A stretch of 64,000 bases of DNA from Myxococcota bacterium (GTDB lineage Bacteria > Myxococcota_A > JAVEVO01), in contig JAVEVO010000003.1 of assembly GCA_034005005.1 (NCBI GenBank), forward strand, positions 25,493 to 89,492, read 5' to 3'. The first letter of the stretch is position 1. Every line of letters begins with the position of its first letter. The position numbers and the translations under genes were made by a program. Positions 15,621 to 24,734 of the stretch are shown piece after piece. The notes beneath the pieces are model-generated. The model saw only the letters and a list, made by a program, of their open reading frames with translations, made no database searches and was not told the origin of the DNA.

Positions 15621-17861
15621 GTGCCGTTGGTCTGTGCCACCTGCGAGCGGACGTTCGAGGAGGGGACCTACTGTCCCTTCGACGGCACCCGGCTGCACGA
15701 CCCGACGCTCGAGCAGAGCCTCCCGGATCCGCTGATCGGGCGGATCCTCGACGGGCGCTACCTGCTCGAGCAGCGGGTGGGTGCCGGGGGCATGGGCACC
15801 GTCTACCGGGCCCGCCACGTGCTGATGGAGAAGGCGGTAGCGGTCAAGGTGCTGCGGCCCGAGCTGGCCAACGACGCCTACGCCGCGGGACGCTTCCGGC
15901 GGGAAGCGCGCAGCGCCAGCCGGATCATGCACGAGAACTGCGTGGCGGTGACCGATTTCGGCCAGGAGCCGGACGGGACGCACTTCCTCGTGATGGAGTA
16001 CGTCGAGGGCGAGACGCTCTGGCACCTGCTGCGGGAAGGTGGGCCGCTGCCGGTCGGCCGCCTGCTCGACACCGCGATCCAGGTGGCCCGGGCCCTGAGC
16101 GCCGCCCACGAGCAGGGGGTGATCCACCGGGACCTCAAGCCCGAGAACGTCATGCTCGTCCTGCGGGACGAGCGTCGTAACCTTGTGAAAGTGCTCGATT
16201 TTGGCCTGGCCAAGGTGATCCAGGCTTCGGACGAGAACGCCTTCACCGCGATCACCCGGCACGGGATGATCTTCGGCACGCCGCGCTATATGGCCCCGGA
16301 GCAGATCGAGGGCCGCGACATCGATCCGCGGGCGGATCTGTACAGCTTCGGGGTCATGCTCTACGAGATGGCCTCCGGCAAGCTGCCCTTCGAGGACCGC
16401 TCGGTCGTGGCCTTGCTCAACAAGCACGTCCACGAGGAGCCGGTGCCGCCTTCCCTCCGGGTGCCCGAGCTCGAGATCCCGGTCGGTCTCGAGCAGCTCA
16501 TCCTCCTGCTGATGGCGAAGCAGCCGACCGATCGGCCAGCGAGCTCCCGCGAGGTGCTGCGGCGGCTGGAAGACCTCGATCAGGAGCTCCGGCAGCCCGT
16601 GGCCGCGGCCTCGCCCCTGCCCACGACCCCGGAGGCGGTCTCTCTCCTCCCGGCCCCGCGGCGCGGGAGCTGGCTGCTCCCCGCCTTGCTCGGCGCCGCG
16701 GTCGCCGCGGTGGCCATCTTCTTGCTCCTCTGGTTCACGGGCGGCCCGCCCCCCCGGCCGCCGCGCGCCGGCGCGGGGACCGCGGCCCCGGTCGACGGCT
16801 CGCTCCCGGGTACGGCCCCGCCGGCGGCCGGCTCGGCCCTGGCCACGCCGCCTCCCGTGGAGGTGGCGGCTGTCGCGGTCCCGGCACCCCGGTCGCCCGG
16901 TCCGGGGCCGGCCGCGGCCGGGACGGGATCTCCCCACGAGCCCCCGGCAACCGCCTCGCCCCGCGCGCTCGTGGCGGTCGTCCCCGGCGCGGCGGTCGTC
17001 CCCGGCGCGGCGCCTCCCGTGCTCTCGCCCACGCCGCCCGCGGCCGTCCCGGGCCGGGCCACGGTCACGGCTCCCCCGGCCTCGCCGGCCCCGCACGCGG
17101 CTCCCCTGGCCCCCAGCCCGACCCCGCGGCCCGGCCCGGCCGCGCGTCCGGCCGCGGGCCGTTCCCGCCCACTCCTCCCGGCCCCGGCGGCCTCCCCGGT
17201 CCCCGGTGCCGCCAGCCCTCGGGCCGCTCCGGATGTGCCGGTCGCCTCCCGGCCAGCCAGCCCCAGGCCGACCCCCGCGCCAGCCCCCGCGCCGGCCCCC
17301 GCGCCGGCCCCCGCGCCGGTCCCCGCGCCGGCCCCCGCGCCGGCCCCCGCGCCGGCCCCCGTGGCCGCGACCGTGGTCTCGCCGCCAGCCATCCCCTCGC
17401 CCTCGCTCCCGGTCCTGCCCGGCCCCTCCCGCTCGCCCGGCAGCGCCGGTGCCCCCGTCCTCCCCGTCACGGCCAGCCCTGCGGCGCCGGCCCCCGCGGC
17501 CGGCTCCTCGGAGGTGGCGGGGTTGCTCGGCCAGGCGCGCCAGGCGCTGGCTCGCCGGGACGAGGTCGCCGCGGCCAGTATCCTCCAGCGCGCCCTCTCC
17601 CTGGCCCCCAACGATCCCCGGGTCCACCTCGGCTTCGCCAACTTCCACTTCGAGCGCGGCAGCCTCGAGGCGGCCCAGCGGTCTGCGCAGCGGGCCGTGG
17701 CCCTCCGGCCGGGGGGCATCGCCGAGCTGTTGCTGCTCGGCCAGATCCACTACAAGCAGGGCGACCGCGACCTCGCCTGCACCACCTTCCTCGAGGTGCT
17801 CCGGCTGCAGCCCAATCAACAGAAGGCGCAGCACTACGTCAGCCTGGCCCGCTGCCGCTGA
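15621..17861 (+). CDS. Ser/Thr protein kinase with N-terminal zinc-ribbon-like CxxC...C motif, Pro/Ala-rich linker and C-terminal TPR
   Basis: GTG start 5 bp after the previous stop. Hanks motifs present (GAGGMGTVY, VAVK, HRDLKPENVML, DFGLA, APE). A (PAPAPA)n stretch is encoded by 12-bp tandem repeats near 17270-17370. TPR units at the C-terminus. Confidence 0.85.
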   Translation: MPLVCATCERTFEEGTYCPFDGTRLHDPTLEQSLPDPLIGRILDGRYLLEQRVGAGGMGTVYRARHVLMEKAVAVKVLRPELANDAYAAGRFRREARSASRIMHENCVAVTDFGQEPDGTHFLVMEYVEGETLWHLLREGGPLPVGRLLDTAIQVARALSAAHEQGVIHRDLKPENVMLVLRDERRNLVKVLDFGLAKVIQASDENAFTAITRHGMIFGTPRYMAPEQIEGRDIDPRADLYSFGVMLYEMASGKLPFEDRSVVALLNKHVHEEPVPPSLRVPELEIPVGLEQLILLLMAKQPTDRPASSREVLRRLEDLDQELRQPVAAASPLPTTPEAVSLLPAPRRGSWLLPALLGAAVAAVAIFLLLWFTGGPPPRPPRAGAGTAAPVDGSLPGTAPPAAGSALATPPPVEVAAVAVPAPRSPGPGPAAAGTGSPHEPPATASPRALVAVVPGAAVVPGAAPPVLSPTPPAAVPGRATVTAPPASPAPHAAPLAPSPTPRPGPAARPAAGRSRPLLPAPAASPVPGAASPRAAPDVPVASRPASPRPTPAPAPAPAPAPAPAPVPAPAPAPAPAPAPVAATVVSPPAIPSPSLPVLPGPSRSPGSAGAPVLPVTASPAAPAPAAGSSEVAGLLGQARQALARRDEVAAASILQRALSLAPNDPRVHLGFANFHFERGSLEAAQRSAQRAVALRPGGIAELLLLGQIHYKQGDRDLACTTFLEVLRLQPNQQKAQHYVSLARCR
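17270..17375 (+). repeat. 12-bp tandem repeat (gcgccggccccc)n encoding (PAPA)n linker of the kinase
   Basis: Directly visible tandem units. Confidence 0.8.
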
Positions 17862-17977
17862 GCCCCGCTTCCTGACCTGGGGCCCCCTCTCCCCGACCCT
17901 TGGAAGCGTTCCCCGGATCGGCTATACAGCCTCGACGGCGGGGGAGCTGCCCGGGAGCGACCCGGCCGAGGAGCAGC

Positions 17978-18841
17978 ATGTTCGACCCAGCAGCGACTTT
18001 CCCGCGGATCGCCCGCACCCTCCCCTGGAACGGCCGGGGCCACGCTCCGTGTCAGGAGATCCGGATCGGCACGGTAGGCCTCGGCGGCCCCGATCCGGTC
18101 ATCATCGGCGGCCCCTGCGCGGTGGAGAGCCGCGAGCAGCTCCTCGCCCTCGCCCGGGAGGTGAAGCAAGCCGGCGGCCAGATGCTGCGCGGCGGCGCGT
18201 TCAAGCCGCGCACCAGCCCCTACTCGTTCCAGGGGCTCGGCCTGCAGGGGCTGGACTTCCTGGCCGAGGCCCGGGCCGAGACGGGTCTGCCCATCGTCAC
18301 CGAGGTGATGGATCCCCGGCTCATCGAACGCGTCGGGGAGGTCGCGGACCTCCTCCAGGTGGGCTGTCGTTCCATGCAGAATTTTCCGCTGCTCATGGAA
18401 CTTGGCCGACAGCCGCGCCCCGTGCTGCTGAAGCGGGGGTTCTGCTCCACCCTCGAGGAGTGGCTCGGCGCGGCCGAGTACATCGCCAAGGGCGGCAACG
18501 ACCGGATCGTGCTCTGCGAGCGGGGGATCCGCAGCTTCACCGCGGGGGAGTATGCCCGGAATACGTCGGATATCAACGTCGTGCAGCCGGTCCTGGCGAG
18601 CACCCGGCTCCCCCTGATCTTCGACCCCAGCCACTCCACGGGGGACGCGGCGCTCGTGCCCTCGGTGGCCCGTGCGGCCCTGGCGGCCGGCGTGCACGGC
18701 CTGCTCGTCGAGGTGCGGACCCCGGCCACCCCGCCCGAGTCCTTGCTCTCGGATGGCCTCCAGGCCGTGACCCCCGGAACGCTCGCGGAGATCGTCCGCT
18801 TCGCCCGCTGGATCCGGGACTGGCGGGAGTCCGAGCAGTGA
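17978..18841 (+). CDS. 3-deoxy-D-arabino-heptulosonate 7-phosphate (DAHP) synthase, class I-beta (KDO8P-synthase-like)
   Basis: Motifs GPCAVES, GGAFKPRTSPYSFQGLG, PIVTEVMD, QVGCRSMQNF, PVLLKRG and LCERGIR are present. ATG at 17978 (MFDPAATFP) is preferred over the TTG at 17900. Confidence 0.85.
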   Translation: MFDPAATFPRIARTLPWNGRGHAPCQEIRIGTVGLGGPDPVIIGGPCAVESREQLLALAREVKQAGGQMLRGGAFKPRTSPYSFQGLGLQGLDFLAEARAETGLPIVTEVMDPRLIERVGEVADLLQVGCRSMQNFPLLMELGRQPRPVLLKRGFCSTLEEWLGAAEYIAKGGNDRIVLCERGIRSFTAGEYARNTSDINVVQPVLASTRLPLIFDPSHSTGDAALVPSVARAALAAGVHGLLVEVRTPATPPESLLSDGLQAVTPGTLAEIVRFARWIRDWRESEQ

Positions 18842-18858
18842 GCCGCGGCCGGGTCGAC

Positions 18859-20484
18859 ATGGCCCGGGCCGGCCGGGCCCGCCTGCTGCTGCTCGGCCTT
18901 CTGCTCCCGGCCTGCGCCTCCCCGGCCGCGACCCCGGCCGTCCCCCCGCTCGTCCTGGTCCAGGTGCCCGTCGGCTCGCCGGCGGCCGCCTGGTCCACCA
19001 CGGTCGAGCCCGCGTACCCCGCGGGGACCCGCCTGCTCCTCCTCGACCCCGCGGGCGGCCCGCCGCGCGTGCTCTCGCCGGGCCTGGACGTCGCCGCCTG
19101 GCCGGCGCCCAGCCCCGACGGCCGGCAGGTCCTCTTCGCCGGCCGGCGAGGGCCGGCGGATCCCTTCACCCTCTGGATCAGCGATCTCACCGGCGCGCCG
19201 CCGCAACCCTTCCCCGCGGGGCCCGGATCCTGCACGAACCCTCGCTGGATCGCCGCGGATCACGTCGTCATGCGCTGCGCGGCCAGCTTGCCGGCCCTCA
19301 CCGTGAGCAATCCCGGCGCCTTGTGGGTCGTCGGCCCGGGGAAACTCCCTCCCCGCCGCATCACCTTCGGCGTCCACCCGCAGTTCTCGCCCGAGGTGCT
19401 CCCCGACGGCCGGCTGGTCTATGGCGAGCGCGTCCTCGACCGGCCGCCACCGGAGGTCGATCCGGGCACGCTCCCCGGGGAGCGGATCGCCTTGCGGGCG
19501 GTCGACCCCGACGGGGCCGGGGCCGAGCGCTACCATGACCGCCTGCTCGAGCCGACCTACAAGCTGCGGGTGAAGCGCGGCGGCGAGGGCCGGTTGCTGA
19601 TCGTCGGTGGCCTCCCGGGCGAGACCCGGCCTGGCCCCGGGCGGCTGTTTCAGCTCGCGACCGGCTGGCCCGCGGTCCACGCCGAGCCGCTCCGCCCCGA
19701 CCTCGGCGGGCCGGTGGTCGGGGCCGCGGCCCTGCCCGGCGGCGGCCTGCTCCTCTGTCGGCAGGTCCCCGACGACCCGGTGTTCTCCCTGCAGTGGCTC
19801 CCGTCCGCGCTCGGCGGCGAGCCGCAGACCTGGCACCGCGACCCCGCCTTCCACGTGGCCGACGTCGAGCCGGTGCTCCCCTGGTCCCCCCCGTCGCTGC
19901 CGCTGTCCACCCTCGACGGGAGCGGCCGGGGCTGGCTCCTCCTCCTCGACCCCAGCGTCACCGAGCCGGGCTCCCTCGTCAGCGTGAGCCGCTATGGCCT
20001 CCACTCGGCGGTGCTGCTCGCCCCGGAGCCCGCCCCCGCCCCTCCCGAGGAAGGGCTCCCCGATCCCGATGACTTCCTGACCACGCGCCGGCTCCCGCCG
20101 CCGGCTGACCCCTACGCCGAGGCCGGGGGCTACACGCCCGAGACGCGGCGACGCCCCCTCGGTGAGTTCGCGGTGCAGCCCGACGGCTCGTTCCTGGTCG
20201 CGCTGCCGGCCGACACGCCCCTCACCCTGCGACTGCTCGGCGCCGGCGGCACCTACGCGGGTGACGTCCCGGGCTGGTTCTGGCTGCGGCCCGGCGAGAT
20301 CCGGAGCTGCCTGGGCTGCCACGAGGATCCCGGGCGGCTGCCGCCCAACGAGGTCTTCCTCGCCACGACCCGCCCGCCCTCCGTGCTGGGGCCGGTGATC
20401 CACGAGCCGCCCCCGCCGCCGGCCGTCGAGCTCCCCGTCGGCGCGCCCGGCGACGTCCCCCCGGACGCGGAGCTGCCGCGATGA
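18859..20484 (+). CDS. lipoprotein, hypothetical, with single CxxCH motif (CLGCH) near C-terminus
   Basis: ATG 18859 (an alternative GTG at 18838 overlaps the DAHP synthase stop). Lipobox LLLPAC. Pro/Gly-rich. The 17206..20484 track ORF is a read-through. Confidence 0.6.
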   Translation: MARAGRARLLLLGLLLPACASPAATPAVPPLVLVQVPVGSPAAAWSTTVEPAYPAGTRLLLLDPAGGPPRVLSPGLDVAAWPAPSPDGRQVLFAGRRGPADPFTLWISDLTGAPPQPFPAGPGSCTNPRWIAADHVVMRCAASLPALTVSNPGALWVVGPGKLPPRRITFGVHPQFSPEVLPDGRLVYGERVLDRPPPEVDPGTLPGERIALRAVDPDGAGAERYHDRLLEPTYKLRVKRGGEGRLLIVGGLPGETRPGPGRLFQLATGWPAVHAEPLRPDLGGPVVGAAALPGGGLLLCRQVPDDPVFSLQWLPSALGGEPQTWHRDPAFHVADVEPVLPWSPPSLPLSTLDGSGRGWLLLLDPSVTEPGSLVSVSRYGLHSAVLLAPEPAPAPPEEGLPDPDDFLTTRRLPPPADPYAEAGGYTPETRRRPLGEFAVQPDGSFLVALPADTPLTLRLLGAGGTYAGDVPGWFWLRPGEIRSCLGCHEDPGRLPPNEVFLATTRPPSVLGPVIHEPPPPPAVELPVGAPGDVPPDAELPR

Positions 20485-22475
20485 CCACCTCCTCCTCGTC
20501 CGGGCCGGCTCCCGCCCCGCCCCGCCCCGCCCCGCGGCGCCGGCGAGCGCTGTTGCTGCTGCTTTTCGGCGGCCTGCTGGTCGGCGGGCTGGTGCTCTGG
20601 TTGCGCCAGCAGGCGCAAGACCACCTCGCGATGACCCTGCGGGACCCGGCGGCCGGGTTCGGGGCCTGCTGGGACTGCCACGGCACCGGCCAGCCGCCGC
20701 GTCCCCTGCCGCGCCAGCCGCCCGCCCCCCTCGGGCTCGCGCTCCTCCCCGGGGGCGACCTGCTCGTCGGCGCCACCGGGGACGACAGCCTCTACCGCCT
20801 CGACCCCGCGCGGGCGCGCATCCGCTGGCGTCTGGACGTCGGCCCTCGTCCTCACGGGGTCGCGGTCGTCGACGGGGGAGCCCGCGCGCTCGTCGCGCTC
20901 CGGGACGCCGACGCCCTGGTCCCGGTGGATTTGGCGGCGCCGCGTCGCGAGGAGCCGATCCCCGTCGGGCGTGAGCCGACCGCGGTCGCGGTGGCCGCGC
21001 GCTGGGGGATCGCCCTGGTGACCAACAGCGGCTCCGACGACGTCTCGGTGGTCGATCTCCCGACGCGGCGCGAGCGCTACCGGCTGCCCGCGGGCCGTGA
21101 GCCCTACGCGGTCGCGATCGACCCGCAGGAGCGGCTGGCCGTGGTGGCCAACCGCCTGGTCTCCCCCCACGCCCCGCGCACCCCCCCCAGCAGCGAGGTG
21201 ACCGTCATCCTCCTCGGGAAGCGGCCCCGGGTCCTGGAGCGGCGGCAGTTGCCGTCGATCCACCTCGCCGAGAGCGTGGCGATCACCCCGGACGGCCAGC
21301 TCGCCCTGATCCCGGCCATGGTGACCCGCAACCTGCTCCCGACGACCCAGACCCGCCGCGGCTGGGTGGCGGCCAGCGTGCTCGTCGTCCTCGAGCTGGC
21401 CGAGCGCGGCCGGATCGTGCCGATCCTCCTCGACGGGCTCGATGACTACCACGCCGACCCCACGGCCGTCGCGCTCGAACCGGCGGGGCGGTTCGCGTAC
21501 CTGGCCAGCGGCGGGCGAGATCGGGTCCTCGAGCTCGACCTGGCGAAGCTCCGCCGTCTGCTCGAGGGGGAGGCGGCCGACGTCCTCCAGTCCCTCGGCA
21601 CCCGCCTCGGCCCGGGGACCTTGCTGCTCGCCCGTCGCTTCCCCACGGCGGCCAACCCCCGGGGGCTGGCCGTCGCCGAGGGGCGGCTGTACGTCAGCGA
21701 GCGACTCGCCGACGGCGTGGCGGTCTTCGACCTCGCCGCCGGCACGCTCCAGCACCGGTTCGCGCTCGGGCTGCTCGGGGGGCCCTCCCTGCAACAGCAG
21801 GGTGAGCAGCTCTTCTACCGCGCCTCGGCCTACCAGGGGCAGTTCTCCTGCCGCACGTGTCACCCCGACGGTCACCTCGACGGCCTGACCTACGACTTCG
21901 AGATCGACGGCCTCGGGGAGAACTTCGTCGACAACCGCAGCCTGCGCGGGCTCGTCGGCACGGCCCCCTTCAAGTGGACGGGGCTCAACCCGACCCTCGA
22001 CGTCCAGTGCGGTCCCCGCTTCTCCCGCATCCTCGGTCGCAGCCGTCCGTTCTCCGACGCCCAGAGCGCGGCCCTGCACGTCTTCGTCAACGCCCTGCCC
22101 ACGGCCAACGGTCGGCGTCCGCCCGTCGACACCCCGGAGGTCCGCCTCGGGCGGGAGGTGTTCTACCGGACCCGCACCCGCACCGGCGAGCTGATCCCGG
22201 TGCGTGACCGCTGTCCCTCCTGCCATCCGGCCCCGACCTTCACCAGCCAGACGCGCAGTCGCGTCGGCACGGGCGCACAGTCCGACTTCACCGACGTGTT
22301 CGACGCGCCCCACCTCCTCGACCTGCGCGACGGCCTCCCCTACCTGCACGACGGGCGCGCCGGGAGCCTGATGGAGCTGTTCGTGCGCGAGGACCCCGCG
22401 GAGCATCACGGCCGCACCCGCGACCTGGATCGGGTCGAGCTCAACGCGCTCGTCGAGTACCTGAGGACGCTGTGA
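20481..22475 (+). CDS. beta-propeller (YVTN/lactonase-like) repeat protein with three CxxCH haem-binding motifs (c-type cytochrome-like)
   Basis: ATGA overlap with the upstream gene. N-terminal TM/signal anchor. CWDCH, CRTCH and CPSCH motifs. The repeated DxxxxxxYVxxxxxxxVxVxD pattern is typical of YVTN propeller blades. Confidence 0.65.
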   Translation: MTTSSSSGPAPAPPRPAPRRRRALLLLLFGGLLVGGLVLWLRQQAQDHLAMTLRDPAAGFGACWDCHGTGQPPRPLPRQPPAPLGLALLPGGDLLVGATGDDSLYRLDPARARIRWRLDVGPRPHGVAVVDGGARALVALRDADALVPVDLAAPRREEPIPVGREPTAVAVAARWGIALVTNSGSDDVSVVDLPTRRERYRLPAGREPYAVAIDPQERLAVVANRLVSPHAPRTPPSSEVTVILLGKRPRVLERRQLPSIHLAESVAITPDGQLALIPAMVTRNLLPTTQTRRGWVAASVLVVLELAERGRIVPILLDGLDDYHADPTAVALEPAGRFAYLASGGRDRVLELDLAKLRRLLEGEAADVLQSLGTRLGPGTLLLARRFPTAANPRGLAVAEGRLYVSERLADGVAVFDLAAGTLQHRFALGLLGGPSLQQQGEQLFYRASAYQGQFSCRTCHPDGHLDGLTYDFEIDGLGENFVDNRSLRGLVGTAPFKWTGLNPTLDVQCGPRFSRILGRSRPFSDAQSAALHVFVNALPTANGRRPPVDTPEVRLGREVFYRTRTRTGELIPVRDRCPSCHPAPTFTSQTRSRVGTGAQSDFTDVFDAPHLLDLRDGLPYLHDGRAGSLMELFVREDPAEHHGRTRDLDRVELNALVEYLRTL

Positions 22476-24724
22476 ATCTTTTCACACGAATCGCCTTGCC
22501 GCTCGGCCTCTCCTTGCTCCTGGCCACTCCGGCCGTGGCTGCGCCCCCCGCGCTCTGCTCCCGCTGGACGATCCACGACCCCTCGCGCGGCTTCCCCTCT
22601 GGCCGGGTCTACGAGGTGGTGCTGGACGAGGGGCAGCCCTGGGTGGCCACGGACAACGGCCTGGCCACCCTCGAGGCGGACGCCTGGCGCGTGATCGGCC
22701 CGGACCAGGGGTTGCCCCATCCCGAGGTCTGGGGGGTCGCGGTCGCGCCGAACCGCGACGTCTGGGCGGCCACGGCCGGCGGCCTGGCTCGGCTCAGCGG
22801 CGGGCGCGTCGATGTCTTCCACACCCGCAACAGCGGCCTCCCGGCCGACCTCGTCTACGACGTCACCTTGCGGGACCGGGAGGTCTGGGTCGCCACGGCC
22901 GGCGGGTTGGCCCGGCTGGACACCGACACGGGGGCGTGGCAGGTCTGGACCCCCGCCAACTCCCCGCTCCCCGTCGGCACCCTCCAGCAGGTCCAGTGCC
23001 GGGGCCCGGAGGTCTGGGTCGCCACCTTCGGCGCGGGCCTCTGGCGGCTCGACGAGCAGGGCCGCTGGCAGGGGTTCGCGGACCCCGACGGGGACGCGCG
23101 CCTCGACCGGAAGCCGGCCGACGGCCTGCAGCACGACGCCCCCACCACCCTGCTCGTCCGGCCCGACGAGGTCCTCGTCGGCCAGGAGATCGGCCTGTCG
23201 GCCTTGCAGGGAGACCAGTTCTCCGAGCTGCTCCCCCTCTCTGCGGATCCGACCCCGGGGGGCGCCACCCTCCCGGCCCACGTGCTCTCCCTGGCCGCGG
23301 CCGGCCCCCGACTGTACGTCGGCACCGCGTCGGGCCTGCTGGTCCGGGAAGCCGGCGGCTGGCTCGTCTACCGGGAGCGACCGGGAGGCCTGCGCCAGGC
23401 CGTGGAGTACCCGGCCGCGGTCCCCGGTCGGGCCCCGCGCGCCCACGCCGTGGAGAGCCCGGCCCCCTGTGGGGCGATCCGCAGCCTCGCGGTGGGCCCG
23501 GACGAGCTCTGGCTCGCCTTCCCCGGCGGGCTGGCCCACTGCCGGGAGGAGGCGGAAGCCCCGGGCTGGCCGCCCGCGGCCCCGCCCGCAACCGTCACGG
23601 CCCCGGGGCTCCTCTTCCCCCGGGATCACGACAAGCTCTTCGCCGCGTCCGCCTCCCGGGACGACTCCCCGGCCTCCCCCGGGCTGGTCGCCGCGGCCCG
23701 GATCGGCCTCCTGCTGCCCCCGGACGGCCGCACGGTCGCGGCCACGAGCTTCGCCCGGGGCGCCCAGCGCTCGCTGGACGGCTATCCGGGCGGGGCGCGC
23801 TGGGGTCGGGAGCGGCTACCGATCCAGCTCGTCACGGGCCACGTCCCGGACCTCCCCTGGGAGGGGCTCGCCGCGCAGGCCGCGCTCGACCTCGCCCGAC
23901 GGCAGAAGATCCAGCTCCTGGTGGTCGTCGGGGGCGGGACCCCGGTGGCCCAGCTCGAGGTCGCCCAGCTCGCCCGGCAGATCGGGCTCCCCGTGCTGCT
24001 GCTCGGGAGCGACGAGCCCTTGCTGCCGCACGCCGGGAGCGGCTGGGTGACGACCCTCGGCTGGAGCGTCCGGGCGCAGCTCCGGGGTCTGATCCAGCGC
24101 CTGCGCACCGTCGGCCCCCGGCGGCTGGTCCTGCTGGTCGACGACTCCCGCTACGCGGCAGCGGGAGAGCAGGTGCTGGCCGCGGAGCTCGCGGCCCGCG
24201 GCCTGTCCCTGGCCGGGGTCGTCCGCCACCGCCGCGGTCAGCCCCTCCTCGCCACGGTCCAGGAGCTGAGCCTGCTCTCCCCCGACGCCCTGCTCTTGTG
24301 GGCCCCCGGCCCCGCGGCCGGGGAGCTGCTGCGGGCCTTGCGGGCGGCGGGGGTCGGCTGCCCCTGCTTCGGCCCCTCGGCCCTCGCCAGCGCCGAGTTC
24401 TTGGGGCCGGCCGCGGAGCTGGCCGGAGGCTGCACCGTCGGGCTGACCGTGCGCCGCCGGCCGGAGTTCGTCACGGTGGCCCCGGAGCCCTGGTCCGCTG
24501 CGTCGGGCGATCCCGCGGGGGTGTGGGAGCAGCTCGGTGAAGAGCTGCTCTACTGGCTCGTCGGCGCGCTCGTGGCCTCGCCCACCCTGAGCCGGAGCGA
24601 GGTGGCCGCGACCTTGCGGACGGTCTTGCCCGGCTGGTCGTTCGAGCGGTTGCTGCCAGCCGGCAACGGCATCGGCGGGGCGCCCTTCGGGGTCGTGCGG
24701 GGTGGGGTGGTGGTGCCGGAGTAG
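22472..24724 (+). CDS. secreted fusion: N-terminal two-component-regulator-propeller-like repeats plus C-terminal type-1 periplasmic binding protein (LivK-like) domain
   Basis: GTG overlaps the TGA of the upstream gene. Signal peptide. Repeated WVATxxGLARL units, then a C-terminal region resembling branched-chain amino-acid binding proteins. Confidence 0.6.
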   Translation: MNLFTRIALPLGLSLLLATPAVAAPPALCSRWTIHDPSRGFPSGRVYEVVLDEGQPWVATDNGLATLEADAWRVIGPDQGLPHPEVWGVAVAPNRDVWAATAGGLARLSGGRVDVFHTRNSGLPADLVYDVTLRDREVWVATAGGLARLDTDTGAWQVWTPANSPLPVGTLQQVQCRGPEVWVATFGAGLWRLDEQGRWQGFADPDGDARLDRKPADGLQHDAPTTLLVRPDEVLVGQEIGLSALQGDQFSELLPLSADPTPGGATLPAHVLSLAAAGPRLYVGTASGLLVREAGGWLVYRERPGGLRQAVEYPAAVPGRAPRAHAVESPAPCGAIRSLAVGPDELWLAFPGGLAHCREEAEAPGWPPAAPPATVTAPGLLFPRDHDKLFAASASRDDSPASPGLVAAARIGLLLPPDGRTVAATSFARGAQRSLDGYPGGARWGRERLPIQLVTGHVPDLPWEGLAAQAALDLARRQKIQLLVVVGGGTPVAQLEVAQLARQIGLPVLLLGSDEPLLPHAGSGWVTTLGWSVRAQLRGLIQRLRTVGPRRLVLLVDDSRYAAAGEQVLAAELAARGLSLAGVVRHRRGQPLLATVQELSLLSPDALLLWAPGPAAGELLRALRAAGVGCPCFGPSALASAEFLGPAAELAGGCTVGLTVRRRPEFVTVAPEPWSAASGDPAGVWEQLGEELLYWLVGALVASPTLSRSEVAATLRTVLPGWSFERLLPAGNGIGGAPFGVVRGGVVVPE

Positions 24725-24734
24725 CCTCCGGTGC

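Noticed and set aside
17206-20484. 1092-aa track ORF upstream of the lipoprotein gene
   Set aside because: The 5' part overlaps the kinase and DAHP synthase in another frame with low-complexity content. The real start is at 18859 (or 18838) with a lipoprotein signal peptide.
15537-22409. Antisense ORFs 15537..17834(-), 18220..20403(-), 20253..22409(-)
   Set aside because: They lie opposite well-supported sense genes (kinase, lipoprotein, cytochrome-like) and have Gly/Arg/Asp-rich low-complexity content.
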